Source: Kudoa neothunni (Eukaryota > Animalia > Cnidaria). From it: a DNA stretch of 64,000 nt. Below the pieces are notes generated by a model that did no database searches, was not told the origin of the DNA, and saw only the letters and a program-made list of their open reading frames with translations. Each line of letters starts with the position of its first letter. Position 1 is the first letter of the stretch. Below are positions 63,200 through 64,000 of this stretch, in pieces. Location: contig OZ199839.1 of the NCBI GenBank assembly GCA_964304625.1, positions 2,885,223 through 2,949,222 on the forward strand, given 5' to 3'. Made by a program: the position numbers and the translations under genes.

Positions 63200-64000
63200 C
63201 TATTTATCGTTTATCTTCAGTTGCAAAATTATCAGATTCAACAACCAAAGGAGTAAGCTCGTCAAAGTGTTTCGATGTAGGCATTAATGACTTCCTCTTG
63301 AATGAATAATCTTGGAATTTCCAGCTGATAATTCTTTATTGCTAAAATTAATATTTGATGAACGCTTGTATTCATTGGTTGCAGGAAACCGATATTTTCT
63401 GAAGCAATTAAATACAATATCCTTTGAAACACACACCGTCCCATGATTTTTTAATTAGGAACGATGTTTTAAGCGAATCTTGGGAGGGATGTATATCACT
63501 GCTAACTGCAGCCATATGGCTTTCTATTAAATTATTTTTGTAATTTTATTTGAATGAGAAAATGACTCCATGGTCTAATAGTTGCAAAACGCTAGTTGAA
63601 TTTTTTTGTAAGGGATATAAGAGAGATATTGGATAAATGAATTTCGGCGTGGCAAGTGGTATTATTAAGAAGTGGTAAACTTTCTTGTATTTCGCTTTGA
63701 ATACGTTGTCAAACTTAGAAAAATATTTGTTAAATGTTTCTCTAAGCATCCATTCTTTCCTCTTTGATTTGTATTTTACTATAAATGTTTTATTTAGCAT
63801 TTTTAAAACAACGTGGTTTTTGTGATTTCCAATCACAAGAGATTCAATGAAATCTCCAGGTAGATGTATGCAGCAAACCAGTAACTATTTTTTAGATTTT
63901 TTTCTCCCGACAAAACATAGCAGTAAAAATAATGGACCTCTTTGTTGTTAATAAAATAATGCAGTATCGTCAAGCTTATAGATACGGTCATCGTTGTTAC
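63200..64000 (-). mobile_element. pogo/Tigger (CENP-B/jerky-like DDE_1) transposase pseudogene, runs off the window
   Basis: IYKLDDTALFY, GRKKSKK, LVIG, YKSKRKEWM, NSTSVLQLLDHGVIFSFK. Confidence 0.85.

Noticed and set aside
1-64000. Prokaryotic operons, CRISPR arrays or defence systems
   Set aside because: Genes are intron-split and eukaryotic, and no regularly spaced repeat-spacer array was seen.

Overview
This is very AT-rich animal genomic DNA with mostly 38-120 nt GT-AG introns and strongly diverged proteins. That is consistent with a fast-evolving parasite such as a myxozoan cnidarian, but the taxon is inference only. Two conserved genes bracket the window: the 3' part of a neurofibromin (NF1) homologue (+, to 2572) and a complete 16-exon CYFIP gene (-, 49773-59327). 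Between them lies a ~42 kb transposon-rich cluster with six PLAC8/cornifelin-family paralogues: three intact, two with a single +1 indel and one clear pseudogene. Interleaved with these are two highly diverged paralogous type-I membrane proteins. Each has a signal peptide, 6 or 7 Cys-rich FN3-like repeats in phase 1-1 exons, two microexons, a TM helix and a very short tail. One of them shares an ATG-proximal TTCGTT(A/C)AGGATTA motif with the PLAC8 copies. The best candidate for an undescribed system is this possibly co-regulated PLAC8 + Cys-FN3 surface-protein cluster. The rest is decayed DNA transposons (hAT, MULE, piggyBac, Tc1/IS630-like, pogo/Tigger), MITEs and tRNA-derived SINEs. Several single-base frameshifts, including one in CYFIP, look like assembly indel errors. 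All gene models were assembled by hand and homologies were recognised from remembered motifs, not from database searches.
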